A stretch of DNA of 62,770 nucleotides, filler included, from Rhabdomonas costata (taxonomy: Eukaryota), in the NCBI GenBank assembly GCA_019059605.1. It is 36 parts of 36 records of this genome, joined end to end, with 100 filler letters (N's around TTAATTAATTAA, not from the genome) between each part and the next. Parts side by side here need not be neighbours in the genome. Positions count along the whole stretch, not along the records: positions 48,902 to 50,547 come from JAHMHO010011370.1; positions 50,648 to 52,293 come from JAHMHO010011371.1; positions 52,394 to 54,039 come from JAHMHO010011372.1; positions 54,140 to 55,786 come from JAHMHO010011373.1; positions 55,887 to 57,532 come from JAHMHO010011374.1; positions 57,633 to 59,278 come from JAHMHO010011375.1; positions 59,379 to 61,023 come from JAHMHO010011376.1; positions 61,124 to 62,770 come from JAHMHO010011377.1; 28 more parts are not named here. The stretch is one strand, 5' to 3'. The notes under the pieces were generated by a model. That model saw nothing but the letters and a program-made list of their open reading frames with translations. It was not told the origin of the DNA and made no database searches. A program made the translations under genes and the position numbers. This document shows, in pieces, positions 49,384-61,849 of this stretch (positions are counted from its first letter, which is position 1; each line of letters starts with the position of its first letter).

Positions 49384-50530
49384 GTGGTTACTTTTCGGAC
49401 CGTACTCCCCACGAGGAGCTGCAAGCGTTTGTCAGCTCTTTGAGCGCCGAGGTGTCCGTAGAGCGGCGAGAGCTCATCCTCCAGATCTTTCCAGACTTGC
49501 ACTCCACAGTATGCCCCTTGCGTACATCCACCCACTTGTCAAGCCGCTGTTTGCATAGCAAGAAAAAGTTTCCGGTCGGCGTGCGCCACCCCACACCTCT
49601 TAGCACATTGAGGAATTACGTTGTTTTAAAACAGAGCATTGAGGAAGTACGTTTTAAGCAGAGCCAACGTTGGCAAACGTTTGGACCTTCTAGCCGCATC
49701 TCGTTGTTGCACCCGCAAACAATTCCATTGCATCTCTCTCTGCGTGGTTGTTTGTGTTTGCAGATTATCCAGTCTTCGAAGGAATTGTGTGCTGCAACCG
49801 GCTCGCGTGTATTTGTGGCTGCGAGCGGCCGATCTTCTTCCTTTGGCCAATTGATCGTAATGTATCACCTGCTTCAAAAGGTCAGCTCCTCAATACGTTT
49901 TTTGTGTTCTCTGACATCCGTTTGGGGGTGCATGTGAATTCTGAACGTTCTGAAGTGTGTAATTGTTTTCGAGTTCCACGTATGCAAGCGCGCGCGAGGA
50001 CAAGAAACAAAAGGAGACATGTTCAGCAAAACAAACCTGCACATGACAGCAACAGTGAAGAGCGACAGGCGCAGTCGGTTTCTGCCCGTCCACACACACA
50101 AGAATTATACAAAATGATGTCCCCTGTTCCCCGCCCGACCTCCTTACTGAGTCCTACTCACGTCCACCGCCTCAAGGCGGGAGCTCTTCACTTGAACTTT
50201 TTCACTTGAACTTTTTCACTTGAACTTTTTTGTCTCGTTGAACTGAGAGGTTTGTCTGACATTCACTTGAATTTTGACGAGTTTAGAACGGCAGCATTGC
50301 AAGGAATCAGGGCAAGCTTGGGCGCAGTGCTGGAGCACTAGAATTTATTTGAGGAGTTGCCAGCCTGCGTCGGGCGGCATTCACTCACTCTCGACCTTTT
50401 CTCTCAGGAAAGGATGAAGTTTCTGTACGACACACGACACAGCTGTGAACGAGGAATATCACACCCTGGCGCAACGGTTGCTGAGACGGAGCGGTGGCTC
50501 CGGAGCAAACTCAGCTTCGAGAAGCTGCAG
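49384..50530 (+). CDS. Multi-exon hypothetical protein with a candidate 12-nt micro-exon
   Basis: Exons 49384-49508, 49635-49646 (SIEE), 49764-49880 and 50408-50530 all join in phase 0. No family recognised. Confidence 0.55.
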
Positions 50531-50975
50531 GCAATTCCCACACTACCNNNNNNNNNNNNNNNNNNNNNNNNNNNNNNNNNNNNNNNNNNNNTTAATTAAT
50601 TAANNNNNNNNNNNNNNNNNNNNNNNNNNNNNNNNNNNNNNNNNNNNAGGAATCGTGGATCAACCATTTCTTGCGTTCTGGGGTAAATTTTTGGACGTTT
50701 GCATTCCCCTCACCCCTATGCCCTCCTCCCACCAACCATTTTTTGTGCACCTACCACACACACGCGTCTTAAGTTTTCCTGCGCACCTTGCACACAGGAA
50801 ACGCTCCCGCTGCTCCCACTCCCAGTGCTTTTTCTCTTCCCCTCCTATTCTTCTCTGCTCTCCACTGTTCTTCGGTGCAGTCTGGCGAGCACTGGAAAGG
50901 CTGATCAGTGAAGAGCGCCTAAATGGGTATGCAGCAACGTGGCTGAAAGCCAACTCCCACACGCGCACGCCGCAG

Positions 50976-51767
50976 GCTGGAGACCTCGCCGAAGGAGATC
51001 GCTCTGCACTACCTTAAAACGTGGCTGGTGGTAGACTTTCTGGCATTTCTTCCGGTGGACGTGATCCTGCACTCCGTGGGGAGTGGGGAGCGGCCGGAGG
51101 CCGTCACGATGACCTCTCTGAGGCTCCTCGCGGTCACCAAAGTGCATCGGCTGTTCGGAACCAGCGAGGTGAGGGACCCACACGCACACTCACTCACTAT
51201 ATACTCAAACATACTCCTCCTTTGGGCGGACCATAAATTCATCCGGAAAACGCTTCTGTTGATTCCGAGTCCTTTGTAGGCATTTTTCTGTGGTTGGTCG
51301 GGTAACTATACAAACCTTCCGTCCAGGCGTTGTGCAAGGTGTGTTCAGTGTGTTCAGTGTGTCGACTTTTGGACGAGTTTTGTGGGCGTGCATGCTATCT
51401 GGATCCTGTTGCAGTCCCTTGCTTCTGCGCTGCGTGTATCCCCGCTGGTTTCTGTGGCGCATAAGTTCGTTGATGACCAAGGTACTGGTTTGCGCATGCA
51501 AAAGGGGTTGGTCTTGTGAAGTGTGAGGTGGAAGTGATCCCAGACTGTGCTCTCCAGGGCATCCTTGATCTCATCTCAGGTGGACTACTACATTAGTGCG
51601 GCGTATATCCAGTTCAACAACCACATTGTGCCCATGATGAAGCTCCTGTTCTGGTCCGTCGTGCTGGTCCACTGGGGCGCCGTGATCGCGATGGCGCTAA
51701 ACATCGGCCACCACTACGGCTCCTCTCAGTACCTCACCTGCCTGTACTATGTCATGTACACCATCAG
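50976..51767 (+). CDS. CNBD-type cation/K+ channel (EAG/HCN/CNG-like), S2-S3 linker to pore helix (partial)
   Basis: Exon 50976-51168: SPKEIALHYLKTWLVVDFLAFLPVD...SLRLLAVTKVHRLF. Exon 51580-51767: KLLFWSVVLVHWGAV (S5)...YLTCLYYVMYTI (pore helix). Confidence 0.85.
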
Positions 51768-53259
51768 GTTTGCGTGTGTGGGTGTGAACCTTCCAAATCT
51801 TCCAAATCTTCCAAATCTTGACTATGAAAATTTAGGACCCTTTCGGGACAGCAAAGATTTTCGGGGCGCGGAGTAGCAGGAACCGGCGAGAAAAACCGGC
51901 GGTGGAGGACATGGAGCAAGAGAGCAAATATGGTGAGCCTCGAAACACGAATTTTGAACTTGTGCGTGTGAGAATCGAAAAATAAGCGAAGCTAATATAC
52001 AACGAAAGCCAAAAGAAAGTCCAACCGAAAGCCAAAAAACGAGTCCTGATAAAATGCCCTGATTCACATCACAGCATACCATCTTCAGCTGTTTGGGGGA
52101 CCCCATGCATGGTTCCATGGCGTCACGAGGACGGATGCTGAGGCACAGTCTTGAAGAAAGCTCATGAAAGCCTCCTCAACTGCGTTCCTGAAGGTGGAAC
52201 GCCCTTTAAGGGGAATAGGAGCAGCAAGGAGCTGGATTCATTGGCACAAGCAAAAAAAAACTAAGGAACTTTTAAACTACAAAACAACACACCNNNNNNN
52301 NNNNNNNNNNNNNNNNNNNNNNNNNNNNNNNNNNNNNTTAATTAATTAANNNNNNNNNNNNNNNNNNNNNNNNNNNNNNNNNNNNNNNNNNNNGGTTGTT
52401 GGGCAAATATAAAGAGACTCATTTTTAGTTTCCTAAATACTTTTAGTGCAATTTTGAGCAGTCTCTCGTTCACTGTTTTGACAGTTTTCACATTTTGGCT
52501 TCGAATCGTCACATAGGGTACCAGTCCAAGCCGAGGTGTCTGTTGGTGTCTGCGGTGAGGTGTCCGAGGTGTCAGCGGAATTTCTGGATTTCTTTTTCTT
52601 GCTTGCACCGGAAATCATGATGAGGACAAAAAATTACAGTGGGACAACGGTCAAAGAGAGACTTGACACGAAAAGGAGGGGATAAGAACAAGAACCATGG
52701 GATGAACAAGAGACAGAGAAAAAAGTTCAGTTGAAACTGCTGCATTACAAGCGGGAATCAAAGGAACGAAATGGGGCCAGATGAATGTAATTTTTTGTTG
52801 GTTCCAAACACGTTACTGCCCTTGCTTTCCAGACCATATGGTTCGGACTACATAAGAGGTATATGAAAAGCAAGTATAGTCAAACCTTCTTTTTCAAAAA
52901 AAACTTACATCAAAACTAAAAATCCTGCATCTATTAGAATAAGAAAGACAAAGTAGGAGCAGTTAAAAGCGGAAGCATGACACTTGACACCATACCATTG
53001 TAGTAGCGTCTTTTAAAGGAACCTACTGTGGCGGTTATCGGTTTTCTGCTGCTCTCTCCAGGAAAACTCGACAGTATTACTGTAAATTAAAACAATTTAT
53101 TGGTTTAAGAATATGGGTTTTTGCAATTTCCAACACAACTGCTGAGCAGAAATTAACCCCCCGAATGGTATTAAGCCTGGCCCGGTGTCATGCACTCACC
53201 TATAAGTCATGTTTTTTAGGAAGGGGGGGGGCTTCAACGGTGGTGATTTTCATATGTTG

Positions 53260-53467
53260 CTTCACCTTCCGTAGCTCCTGCAAAGCTCCGCGACTATGTC
53301 AAGTGAGGGAGTTGCAGGTCAACTTTGCTGCACGATCCAGCGCTTGTTAGGGGGGTCCTTGTGCATCTTGACGGCCCCGTACAGAAGGCTGTACGAGCTG
53401 ACGCAAACTCTTGGTCCAGCTCCTGGGTCAGCAACTTTTGCTCCTGAATCTTGGTGACCGCCTCCTC
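53260..53467 (-). pseudogene. Decayed Penelope-like element reverse transcriptase fragment
   Basis: LLYGAVKMHKDPPNKRWIV resembles the PLE motif LYxxPKxHKxxxxxRxI. Flanking coding-like pieces are in other frames (at least 2 frameshifts) and contain stops. Confidence 0.6.
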
Positions 53468-53470
53468 TTA

Positions 53471-53879
53471 GCATTTGTGCTTTTTGTGCTTATGCTAAAC
53501 ATAAATGCATTTCAGATGCATAAATGTGGTTGATATAAATGCTTACAATGCCTTTATGCTTGACAAAAATGCATCACAAATGTATGTTTGTGGTTAACAC
53601 GTGCAGAAAATGCTTACCCCCCCCCCGGCTCTTTGTCTTTTGTGGGCCCTCCATCCTGTTTCGGCATAAGCCCCCTCTTGGCATGTAAGCGTTCACATCC
53701 CGGGGTTGCCAACAGAATTTTTAGGTGGCGAGGCAATTACAGGGCGACATCAAAGCAGGGGGTCTGGGGGGGGGGACGGAGCCCCCCCCACACCTTGCAA
53801 CATGTCTCGAGATAACACCTGGGATTTATGCTAATAATTCATGCTTGACAAATGCTTCACTTATGCTTTGCAAAAATGC
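53471..53879. repeat. Probable non-autonomous element: AT-rich arms of repeated TTATGCT/AAATGC motifs around a GC-rich core
   Basis: Imperfect 10-bp inverted ends (GCATTTGTGC / GCAAAAATGC) and an internal GGGGGGG-ACGGAG-CCCCCCC hairpin at ~53766-53788. Confidence 0.4.
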
Positions 53880-54987
53880 ATCCATGCATCCAGACAGACT
53901 GAGAGCTGCCGGACAGGTGATTTGCCCGTTGCCCGGGAGCCTGCCGAGGAGCTTCCATGTGAGGCCCGAGGACCTGCGCAAAGCGAGAGAACACGAGAAA
54001 GCCTGGTGGAGAAATTTGCGTCACCCCATACACACCAACNNNNNNNNNNNNNNNNNNNNNNNNNNNNNNNNNNNNNNNNNNNNTTAATTAATTAANNNNN
54101 NNNNNNNNNNNNNNNNNNNNNNNNNNNNNNNNNNNNNNNGGTGTTGTGGAATTGGATGCTGCTTCAAGCGTGTGGGTTAAAGCCTCCGAAGGAGTGGTCC
54201 TTTCCGATATTCTGGAGGAGTAATTTTGTTCGTACATTCAAATCCCACAGTGTGCTAAGAAGTATTCTGACCTCTCGCGAGAGTTTTTGGTAACCATCTG
54301 CACGATGCATCACGACGCTTTTTGGCTGTGCTCGTTTGCCTACACAGGGGAACCACAATCGCCGCGACCGTGCACTCAGAAAGCACTTTGTTGCTGTGAC
54401 GGGTCGATGAGCCTTCACTTGTGGACTGGCGCGCTGCATGGATGGATGGATTTCCTCCATCACCATTTGCGATGGAGGGGGAGCGTTGTGTTTACGAGGT
54501 GAGCTGCACCGAATTTTCAAACCTGCAGGACAGGCTTCCAGCATTGGGATGTTTTGCTATGTTACACTTGATGACGCACTTGATGACGCACTTGATGAGC
54601 TCGACAAGTTATGCTTATGCTGAGCACATTTGGTCACCGGGGCAACTCGTCGAAAGAGGGGAAGAAAGCAGAAGAGAAACACTACCAGTAAGACCGCGTT
54701 CTGCGGGCTATGTTGGTCATGTCAATTGATTTTTAGTTATCATGATGCAGAAAGCGACAACCCTGGCAATCCTGGCAGACGTGGTCGCGATTTCGGATCG
54801 CCGCATCGGGTTTTTGTTTCCTTTTCCCGCCGTAAATTCTTGGAGTGCCGGATCGATGCCGCAAAGGCCTATGCCTGGTTTTAGGCCCACTCGCTTTGCT
54901 TTGGTTCGGCGGTTTTCGACGGAAATTCTCGGGATGCCCAAAGTTTGAGCGAGAGCGTCAGATTCGAGGACATTTTTGGAAATTATC

Positions 54988-55025
<38 letters not shown>

Positions 55026-56374
55026 GAAATCGATCGATACCTCCCAACAAAACCCTTTCTTCCCACCAAGCCCGTGAAAACGCATTAACCCGTTGAACGA
55101 CCCAGTTATTTTGCCGTTATTCCTTAAGGGCACCCAATCGCCGAATTCCTCGTCATAATCCAAATCATAACGATCACAAGCTACGATTTGACAACCGCGG
55201 CCCGAAACGAACCGCCGGAACTCAAGCCAGCGTTTCTCCAGAACTCTAATAAACGACTTATGATTAAGCCCACTGGAGCATGAGATGTTGCTTACACATT
55301 GCTGAAATATTTGATGCTAAACATGATGCCGGTGTTGAGTCTTATATTGAGCCGACACACTAATGAACACAAATGAACACAAAATGAAACACACAAAGCA
55401 AAAAACCATCGACGAAGCAGTTGAGAGCACTCAGGAAACTTTCCGCACATCTCAGAACCCATCTTTGATAAATATAGCGGAACAGAAGATGTAGAGACCG
55501 CACGGGAAAAGAGCTGCAGAACGCAAGAACGGCAACAGATTGCGAAGTTGAAAGCGCAGGAAAACATGAGAACTTTGCTCATCGGGACATTCATCTCTCG
55601 ACTACCGCGGTAGGGCATGTCCCTCTGCGGTGCAGAAAACCGCTGGGCTTCCGCGTGTCATCATGGGATACACCCCACGTTCGGCTTAATCATCTTCAAG
55701 GCAGTGGGGGAAAACAAGCTGTAGTTGAGTTTGGCTTCATCTACTTAACCATATGTGCTACGCACCACACCGCGTCATTGTATACCNNNNNNNNNNNNNN
55801 NNNNNNNNNNNNNNNNNNNNNNNNNNNNNNTTAATTAATTAANNNNNNNNNNNNNNNNNNNNNNNNNNNNNNNNNNNNNNNNNNNNGGGGTTGGGGTGTG
55901 CAAAATCGTGGTGGTGGTCGGTGAGTTAATGGACTGTGGTTTGGTTCACCCCCTCCCTCCAATATTGTGTAGCGATGGAGTGCGTCCGCTCTAGTGACGC
56001 ATTGACTCTTCTGTCCTTTGTGGCGCCGGCCAGCATCAGAATCAATGAAAACGATTACTCACGCCATTTTTTCCTGCTCATTTTTCTTTTTCCCTCCCGC
56101 AATGCTTTGGCTATTTTTAATGTAAACCAACAACTCGAAACACGCTTTCCTAGCGTGTTTCTACTTTGCAAGATGGTAAGCTGAGGGTGAGCATCCTGAA
56201 CAGCATTGACCCAGATGGGTGACTGAGGAAAGAATTGGGAATAAACTTTCACGACGTGCCGTGTGGTAGGAAAAGGCCATTCCGTCGTGCACGTGCTCTT
56301 TCACTTTCCCGTGCACACCGCTCGCACAGCCATATTCACCGCCACAGGCACATGGGCCGATTTTTCGTTTACAG

Positions 56375-57361
56375 TCCCGTCCTGCGCGTACTTCACGGGT
56401 GACTGCCCCTTGGGGTACGTGGTGAGCACCAGCCGGCACCCCTACTTCTCCCCCGTCGAGTGCTGCGGTGTGTACCAAAATAACGCGTCTGCAGAAACGT
56501 CTGTTGGGTAGCGTTGAAACAGTCGAAACCTGCGCTTTCTGGTAGGTGACCTATTCCCGGCTCCCCGTTGGGCCCACCAGGGTGCACCATCTTTATCTTC
56601 ACCGGGAAAAATGACTGCTCTTGTCCCATACTTTTCGTTCGGCTCTGCCACCTCGTCAACAGTTCAGAACGTTTGCGTCCGTCATAAAGCGTTCCCTTTG
56701 TCTCAGGCGATGTATTGCAATGGCGACTGGGGCGCCGAAGTTTGTTGGATGTGTTCGATTACTGGGCATTCTCTTTGGTAGGGTTGACAGTGGGTGTTTG
56801 TGCGTGGTTGTTTGCAGTTCCCACGTGTGCCTTGTTCACGGATTCCTGTCCTGTGGGAACCATCCCCGAGCCCAGCAACACGCCTTGCCCTGGGGGCTGC
56901 AACGCTGGTGGCTGCTGTGGTGTGCACCCCTTTTCGGTTGGTAAAACAGTGCTGAGCGGTCCGCCGTATTTATTGAACCGCTCTGCATATTACACGTACG
57001 TGGGCAGGTGGCCAAAAAAAAGCAAGGTGCGCATGCCAGTTAGATGAGTTGAAGGAGGCGTCTGCTAACGTCACTGGCGCTGCAGAAGACGGTGGTTGCA
57101 CCACCTTCTGGTTAAGAGCATTCCCTCCCAAGTCAAAGAATAAAATTCCCTCTCCCATTCCCGCGTATGGGGAAGCATTGGTTGGGATGCACGCAGCTCC
57201 TGCAAGCTGCTCAGCGACCAACGCCCCGGTGGGGTACGTGGGGTTCTGCCCCTCGGGCACCGTGTGCACAATGGCGGTGACCTGTGCTGCAGGCTACTCC
57301 GGGAACGCCCCCGCGGCGAAGTGCCTGGGCCAGGGCCAGCCCTTCACTTACACGGGCTGCA
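56375..57361 (+). CDS. Cysteine-rich modular extracellular protein (three phase 1-1 exons)
   Basis: Exons 56375-56467 (VPSCAYFTGDCPLGY...VECC), 56818-56919 (VPTCALFTDSCPVG...AGGCC) and 57197-57361 (APASC...VTCAAGYSG...FTYTGC). Confidence 0.85.
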
Positions 57362-57639
57362 GTACGCGACTTGAGAGCAGAGGAGGGAGAGGAGGAATCG
57401 GATGGTGGATGTGTCGCACACTTTACTCCCCTCACTAGTGCCGACCAAAGGTCGTAGGGGGATGGGGGAGGAGGTGCATTGGCTCTACTCACAGAATGAG
57501 GTTAGCCCAGGTGCACCTCCTCCCACACCCCCNNNNNNNNNNNNNNNNNNNNNNNNNNNNNNNNNNNNNNNNNNNNTTAATTAATTAANNNNNNNNNNNN
57601 NNNNNNNNNNNNNNNNNNNNNNNNNNNNNNNNTTTTGTG

Positions 57640-57797
57640 TTGAGTCCCATACGCGTGTTCAGGATGGACCAAATACCGCATGATTATGGCTGCCCCGCGT
57701 AATATGGCCTACCTCTCACTGACGGTAGGCCATATTACGCGGGGCAGCCATAATCATGCGGTATTTGGTCCATCCTGAACACGCGTATGGGACTCAA
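57640..57797. repeat. Perfect 74-bp fold-back inverted repeat at contig start (probable amplification artefact)
   Basis: Arms at 57640-57713 and 57724-57797 with a 10-nt loop, next to the G/T end tag. Confidence 0.85.
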
Positions 57798-59891
57798 TAC
57801 AAAATGATCACTAACAGAAGCTTTGAACCAGTTGCTGAGACCAAGGAAAACCATACATCACGCTCTAAACCCGCGCAAATTCTTCTATTGAAATGCCACG
57901 GGAACCGGGCACAGCTTCAAAACCTATGCTTCTGCTCAGAACGGTCCGGGCACCCCCGCTCACTTCTTCTTCTCACTTCTTCACAGGCAGAAAAACAGCT
58001 GCTGTGAAAGCCCAACATGCGGCTGCTTATATTTTTGGGTAATGGTCACTGGTAGGCATAGTTACAAACCACCGCTGCACACGACTCAGCGCGGCATGCG
58101 TGGGAAAGAAGGAAAGCTTCAGTTCAGTTTAGCATACCTTGACAGGTGCCACGTCCCTTTCCCCGGGCTGCATCGATGGTGCCTCACTCTCCGAGACTCA
58201 CATCACCCGTTGTCACTCACCTCAGAGGGACAACTGTCCGAAAGGGAGGGGGCAAGGACACAGCACACACAGAGCATGTGCCACGCACTCCATCCTGAGA
58301 GGAAACAAGGTCCGTGGGGCCAAGATGACGCGAAAGACAACATCCCCAAATAACTCGGCGCAAAAGTGTATTACAGCATAAAGTATCGTGACCCACCATC
58401 AACGCACAGTCATGGACTGGCGTTCCAAACGCAACATTCAAGGGCATTCATTGGCATGGTTTCAAACGAGAACGGGAGGAGGATTTGTTCATTTTTGATC
58501 GCCACGCGCACTCGATCTGAATCGCCTCGTTGAATGCTCCTTCGGTGTTTTTCGGCTTTACAAAATGGCAGCCAGGAGGACGGTACTGCAACATGGGCAC
58601 AAAAAACAATCAAACAGATGCAGGTAAGACGAGGTTTTTATTCAAGCCGTTTTGCCGTTGGTTTGCCTCTTACTTAAAGCTCCAACTGTTACGTCGGCTC
58701 TGAGAACCGGCTATGGGCATCGTGACAACACAAGTAGTTTCACAGAGATCAGGTCACGCAGAAACTAACACGTGCCAGACCACACGGATTGTCAAGCAGT
58801 CGAAATACAGCCCCTACGAAATCCCCAAGTGCTGAGTGCAGCTGGGATACAGGAGCCCAACTTCTGTGCACCAGCCAGCAGCCGCAACAATGCGCCCCGT
58901 GTGTCCAGATCCTCCTGCAGAGGGCTTTGCGAAAACGCAAGAGATGAGGGGTCTGGCCGAGATCAGCTTGTCGGCTCGTCAGCATTGTCCTCGTCATCCG
59001 AGGCGTTATCCGTGGAATCATGCTTGCGCTTCCCTCCTGCCTTCTGCCGCATATGCAACGACAACGTGACAGCGAAAGTGAAGAGAAGCGAGGTAACCAC
59101 ACGTTCATTTCAAACTCATAACAGCAATCTGAATCGTCTTTGTGCAGCAGATATTTTCTCCTATCACTTTAAAAGGTGACAGTTGCAGTGTTGCGAGCCT
59201 TCCGAGCAGGGGTGGTAACTCGGGGATCTGTGAAGAGCTTGGAGGAATGTCATGCCATATTCACTCCATCCTAAAGCCNNNNNNNNNNNNNNNNNNNNNN
59301 NNNNNNNNNNNNNNNNNNNNNNTTAATTAATTAANNNNNNNNNNNNNNNNNNNNNNNNNNNNNNNNNNNNNNNNNNNNTGTTTTGTGGTTCAAGAGTGTT
59401 CCAAATATGCGTTAATAGTTCGCGGCGCGGGATTTCGGATCTTTCATTTTTGTTGTGTAATGGGCTATGCGCACCGCTTTTGTGTTGGCTCACCTTCGCG
59501 CCTTGAATGGGACGGGATCCCTTTACTTCTGTGTGCTGTCCAGGGTGTTCCTTTTCCTTTTTGTTTAACGGTTAACGTTTGACCACCTTCTAGAATGGTC
59601 GTAGTGGAGCGGCACCACTGTTTAGAGAAGACAATTCACAACAATGAAATAGTGTAGGCTGAACCGCTGCTCCCATATTCAGCACAACAGGGCATTCCAA
59701 ATTTGCTTCCAAAGTGGCGGAAGGTTTAGCACCTGATCCCGCACATGCGACCTCCATATCCAGAAGCTCTCAATGCAAATGGTACTTTAATTAGAATTAT
59801 AAACGGCAGATGTGCGGTCGCCAATGCACAAAAGACATCCAAAACTGCACAGAGCCGCAGCAGAAGAGGAGACCTCGCGGCTTGTAGCAGC

Positions 59892-60077
59892 TCAGTTGAT
59901 GTCGTTCCCCTTCATATATTTCCCCCTTGAAGTGCGCTTGGGCCGGACCAGCACCGGGTGCCCCCTCAGTAACACATGGTTCAGCTCGCGGACTGCTTTT
60001 CGCGCGCAGAGCTCCTCCTCAAAGACAACAGTTGCCGTTGCGGAGGAACTGGTAGCGGACATCTCTTGCACGATGCA
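59892..60077 (-). CDS. Last exon of an RRM-like RNA-binding protein
   Basis: ATATVVFEEELCARKAVRELNHVLLRGHPVLVR...* fits RRM beta3-alpha2-beta4 (A.V.F.....A..A...LN...L.G..V.V). Absent from the ORF track. Confidence 0.6.
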   Translation of the reverse strand, partial: CIVQEMSATSSSATATVVFEEELCARKAVRELNHVLLRGHPVLVRPKRTSRGKYMKGNDIN

Positions 60078-61496
60078 CTGTAAAAGTATTCATACAACCT
60101 ATACACCTACCATCTTTATACATGCATCGCTCAAAGCGCTCTGATCTTGTTGCACTGGAAAGAACAACTACATACACACATCTGTTTCCGTGAAACAGAA
60201 ATCCAGACGGTTCTCATCAGTAGTTTGATTTCACTCATTAACCCATATACAACACATAAGCTCCGACCCAATACCATTATCGCCACTACTACTGCGCGTG
60301 GGTTCCTCTTGGTGAGTTGTACCATGCATGCATGCATCCACTCCTACCATGACTCATGCAATAGGTTCATGCGAAATGAGGGTAGAGCGCCAGACTCTGA
60401 GAGGCCATCAACCATTGCCACTGCGCGTGGTTTGTCGGCTCACCTCTCACCCCATGATCGGGTTCACCATCACTACTCGCAATTGTAGATACACGTTTCA
60501 CCGTCATCCTGCGCCTTACCTTATCATGACGCTGGTTTACGCCATGGCCTAGCATTCATCACAACTTCCAACTGACGCCCAAATACGTCAGGAATCTTCC
60601 ATGTGGCCTACCCGAACCATTACACACGTGTTTCCAGGCGTACCTGAGACCACCAGGCAAGGAACTGCACGGGCGTCCCCATTACTACTCGACCTTACTT
60701 GGATACCTTGGCTTGTTCTCTTTTCGTGTGGAAGGATAATGAAGGGTCCTACAGCATCAGTGACCTGCAGCCGGCTATACACGGATACCTGTGATTTCCC
60801 TGAGGGACATCGAATGACACCGAATCCAAAAACAAACACCCACGCGAGAAATCCACACGACCACAGAAAACGTCATCCAACACGTCACCATCCACAGAAC
60901 CCACCACCATCACCACCACCACCAGACTCAGAACCACCAGCGCCACCGTCCCAACCCACGCAACCAAAACCACCCGCACCACCCACCACTCCCACCAACA
61001 GACCCACCCATAACGCCACACCANNNNNNNNNNNNNNNNNNNNNNNNNNNNNNNNNNNNNNNNNNNNTTAATTAATTAANNNNNNNNNNNNNNNNNNNNN
61101 NNNNNNNNNNNNNNNNNNNNNNNGGGGTGGGGTTCATTGGTGGCTTTCCAGTCTGGCTGCATCTCCGCCGCAACTTGAAGGGTCCATTTACAAATGGAAT
61201 TCTTGGAGCACCGGAAGCGCCCAACACACAGCTCGGTTACTGGGTTGCCGTTCGCACCGGTCGCCGCATCAACGCAAAGGTAACTAAGGTAACAAGGTAA
61301 CCAGCATTTCAATTACGCCGCGGCCCACGAACGGCAGTGCTTTTTCGTCCTGGGCAATTTTTTGGGTGGGAGGGAGTAGATTCCAAGCCTTGAAAATTTC
61401 CATGTTTCTGAAAATTTTGGTTCAAGAATTGAAAATTCGGTCTTTTCTTTAAAATGGCGAACCCATCAAAGTGGTAATTTTCAACCTAAAAAACTG

Positions 61497-61507
61497 AAAA
61501 GAAAGAA

Positions 61508-61583
<76 letters not shown>

Positions 61584-61584
61584 A
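61497..61584. repeat. (GAAA)n microsatellite, about 21 units
   Basis: Read directly from the sequence. Confidence 0.97.
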
Positions 61585-61849
61585 AAATTGGATCTCTCTT
61601 TTTCATGTTATTTTCATTTCGGACGGGGCTTAGCCCACAAGGCTTAAAAACTCACAGAACGAGGGGGAAGGATCGCGTAAACGCCCACTTAAGTGAACTC
61701 AACAAAACGCTGGGTTGATGAGGATTAATTTCAGACTTTGTTCTTAACGCGCTCTTGAGACCACTTCACTTCAGGCTCTGCTCAACTGCTACGTCACCGT
61801 CGGGCGTGCTTAGTTTCTGCTTCGATCTTGCAAATTAAGTGACAAGCAC

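Noticed and set aside
50182-50232. Short tandem repeats (14-bp x3 here; 9-bp at ~51790-51820; ~16-bp at ~33015-33082; 23-bp x2 at ~41260-41306) as CRISPR-like arrays
   Set aside because: No unique spacers and no cas genes; these are ordinary eukaryotic minisatellites.
53885-54030. C2H2-like peptide VICPLPGSLPRSFHVRPEDLRKAREH
   Set aside because: The second Cys and the His spacing are missing, so it is too weak to call.
60830-61023. Pro/Thr/His-rich ORF end suggesting an extensin or mucin
   Set aside because: A/C-rich low-complexity DNA at a contig end with no splice support; possibly primer concatemer or degenerate repeat.
1646-61123. Regularly spaced TTAATTAATTAA motif with ~1.65-kb 'spacers', superficially an array or nanochromosome-like pattern
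   Set aside because: It is an artificial six-frame-stop linker embedded in Ns. The equal lengths reflect length-sorted contigs.
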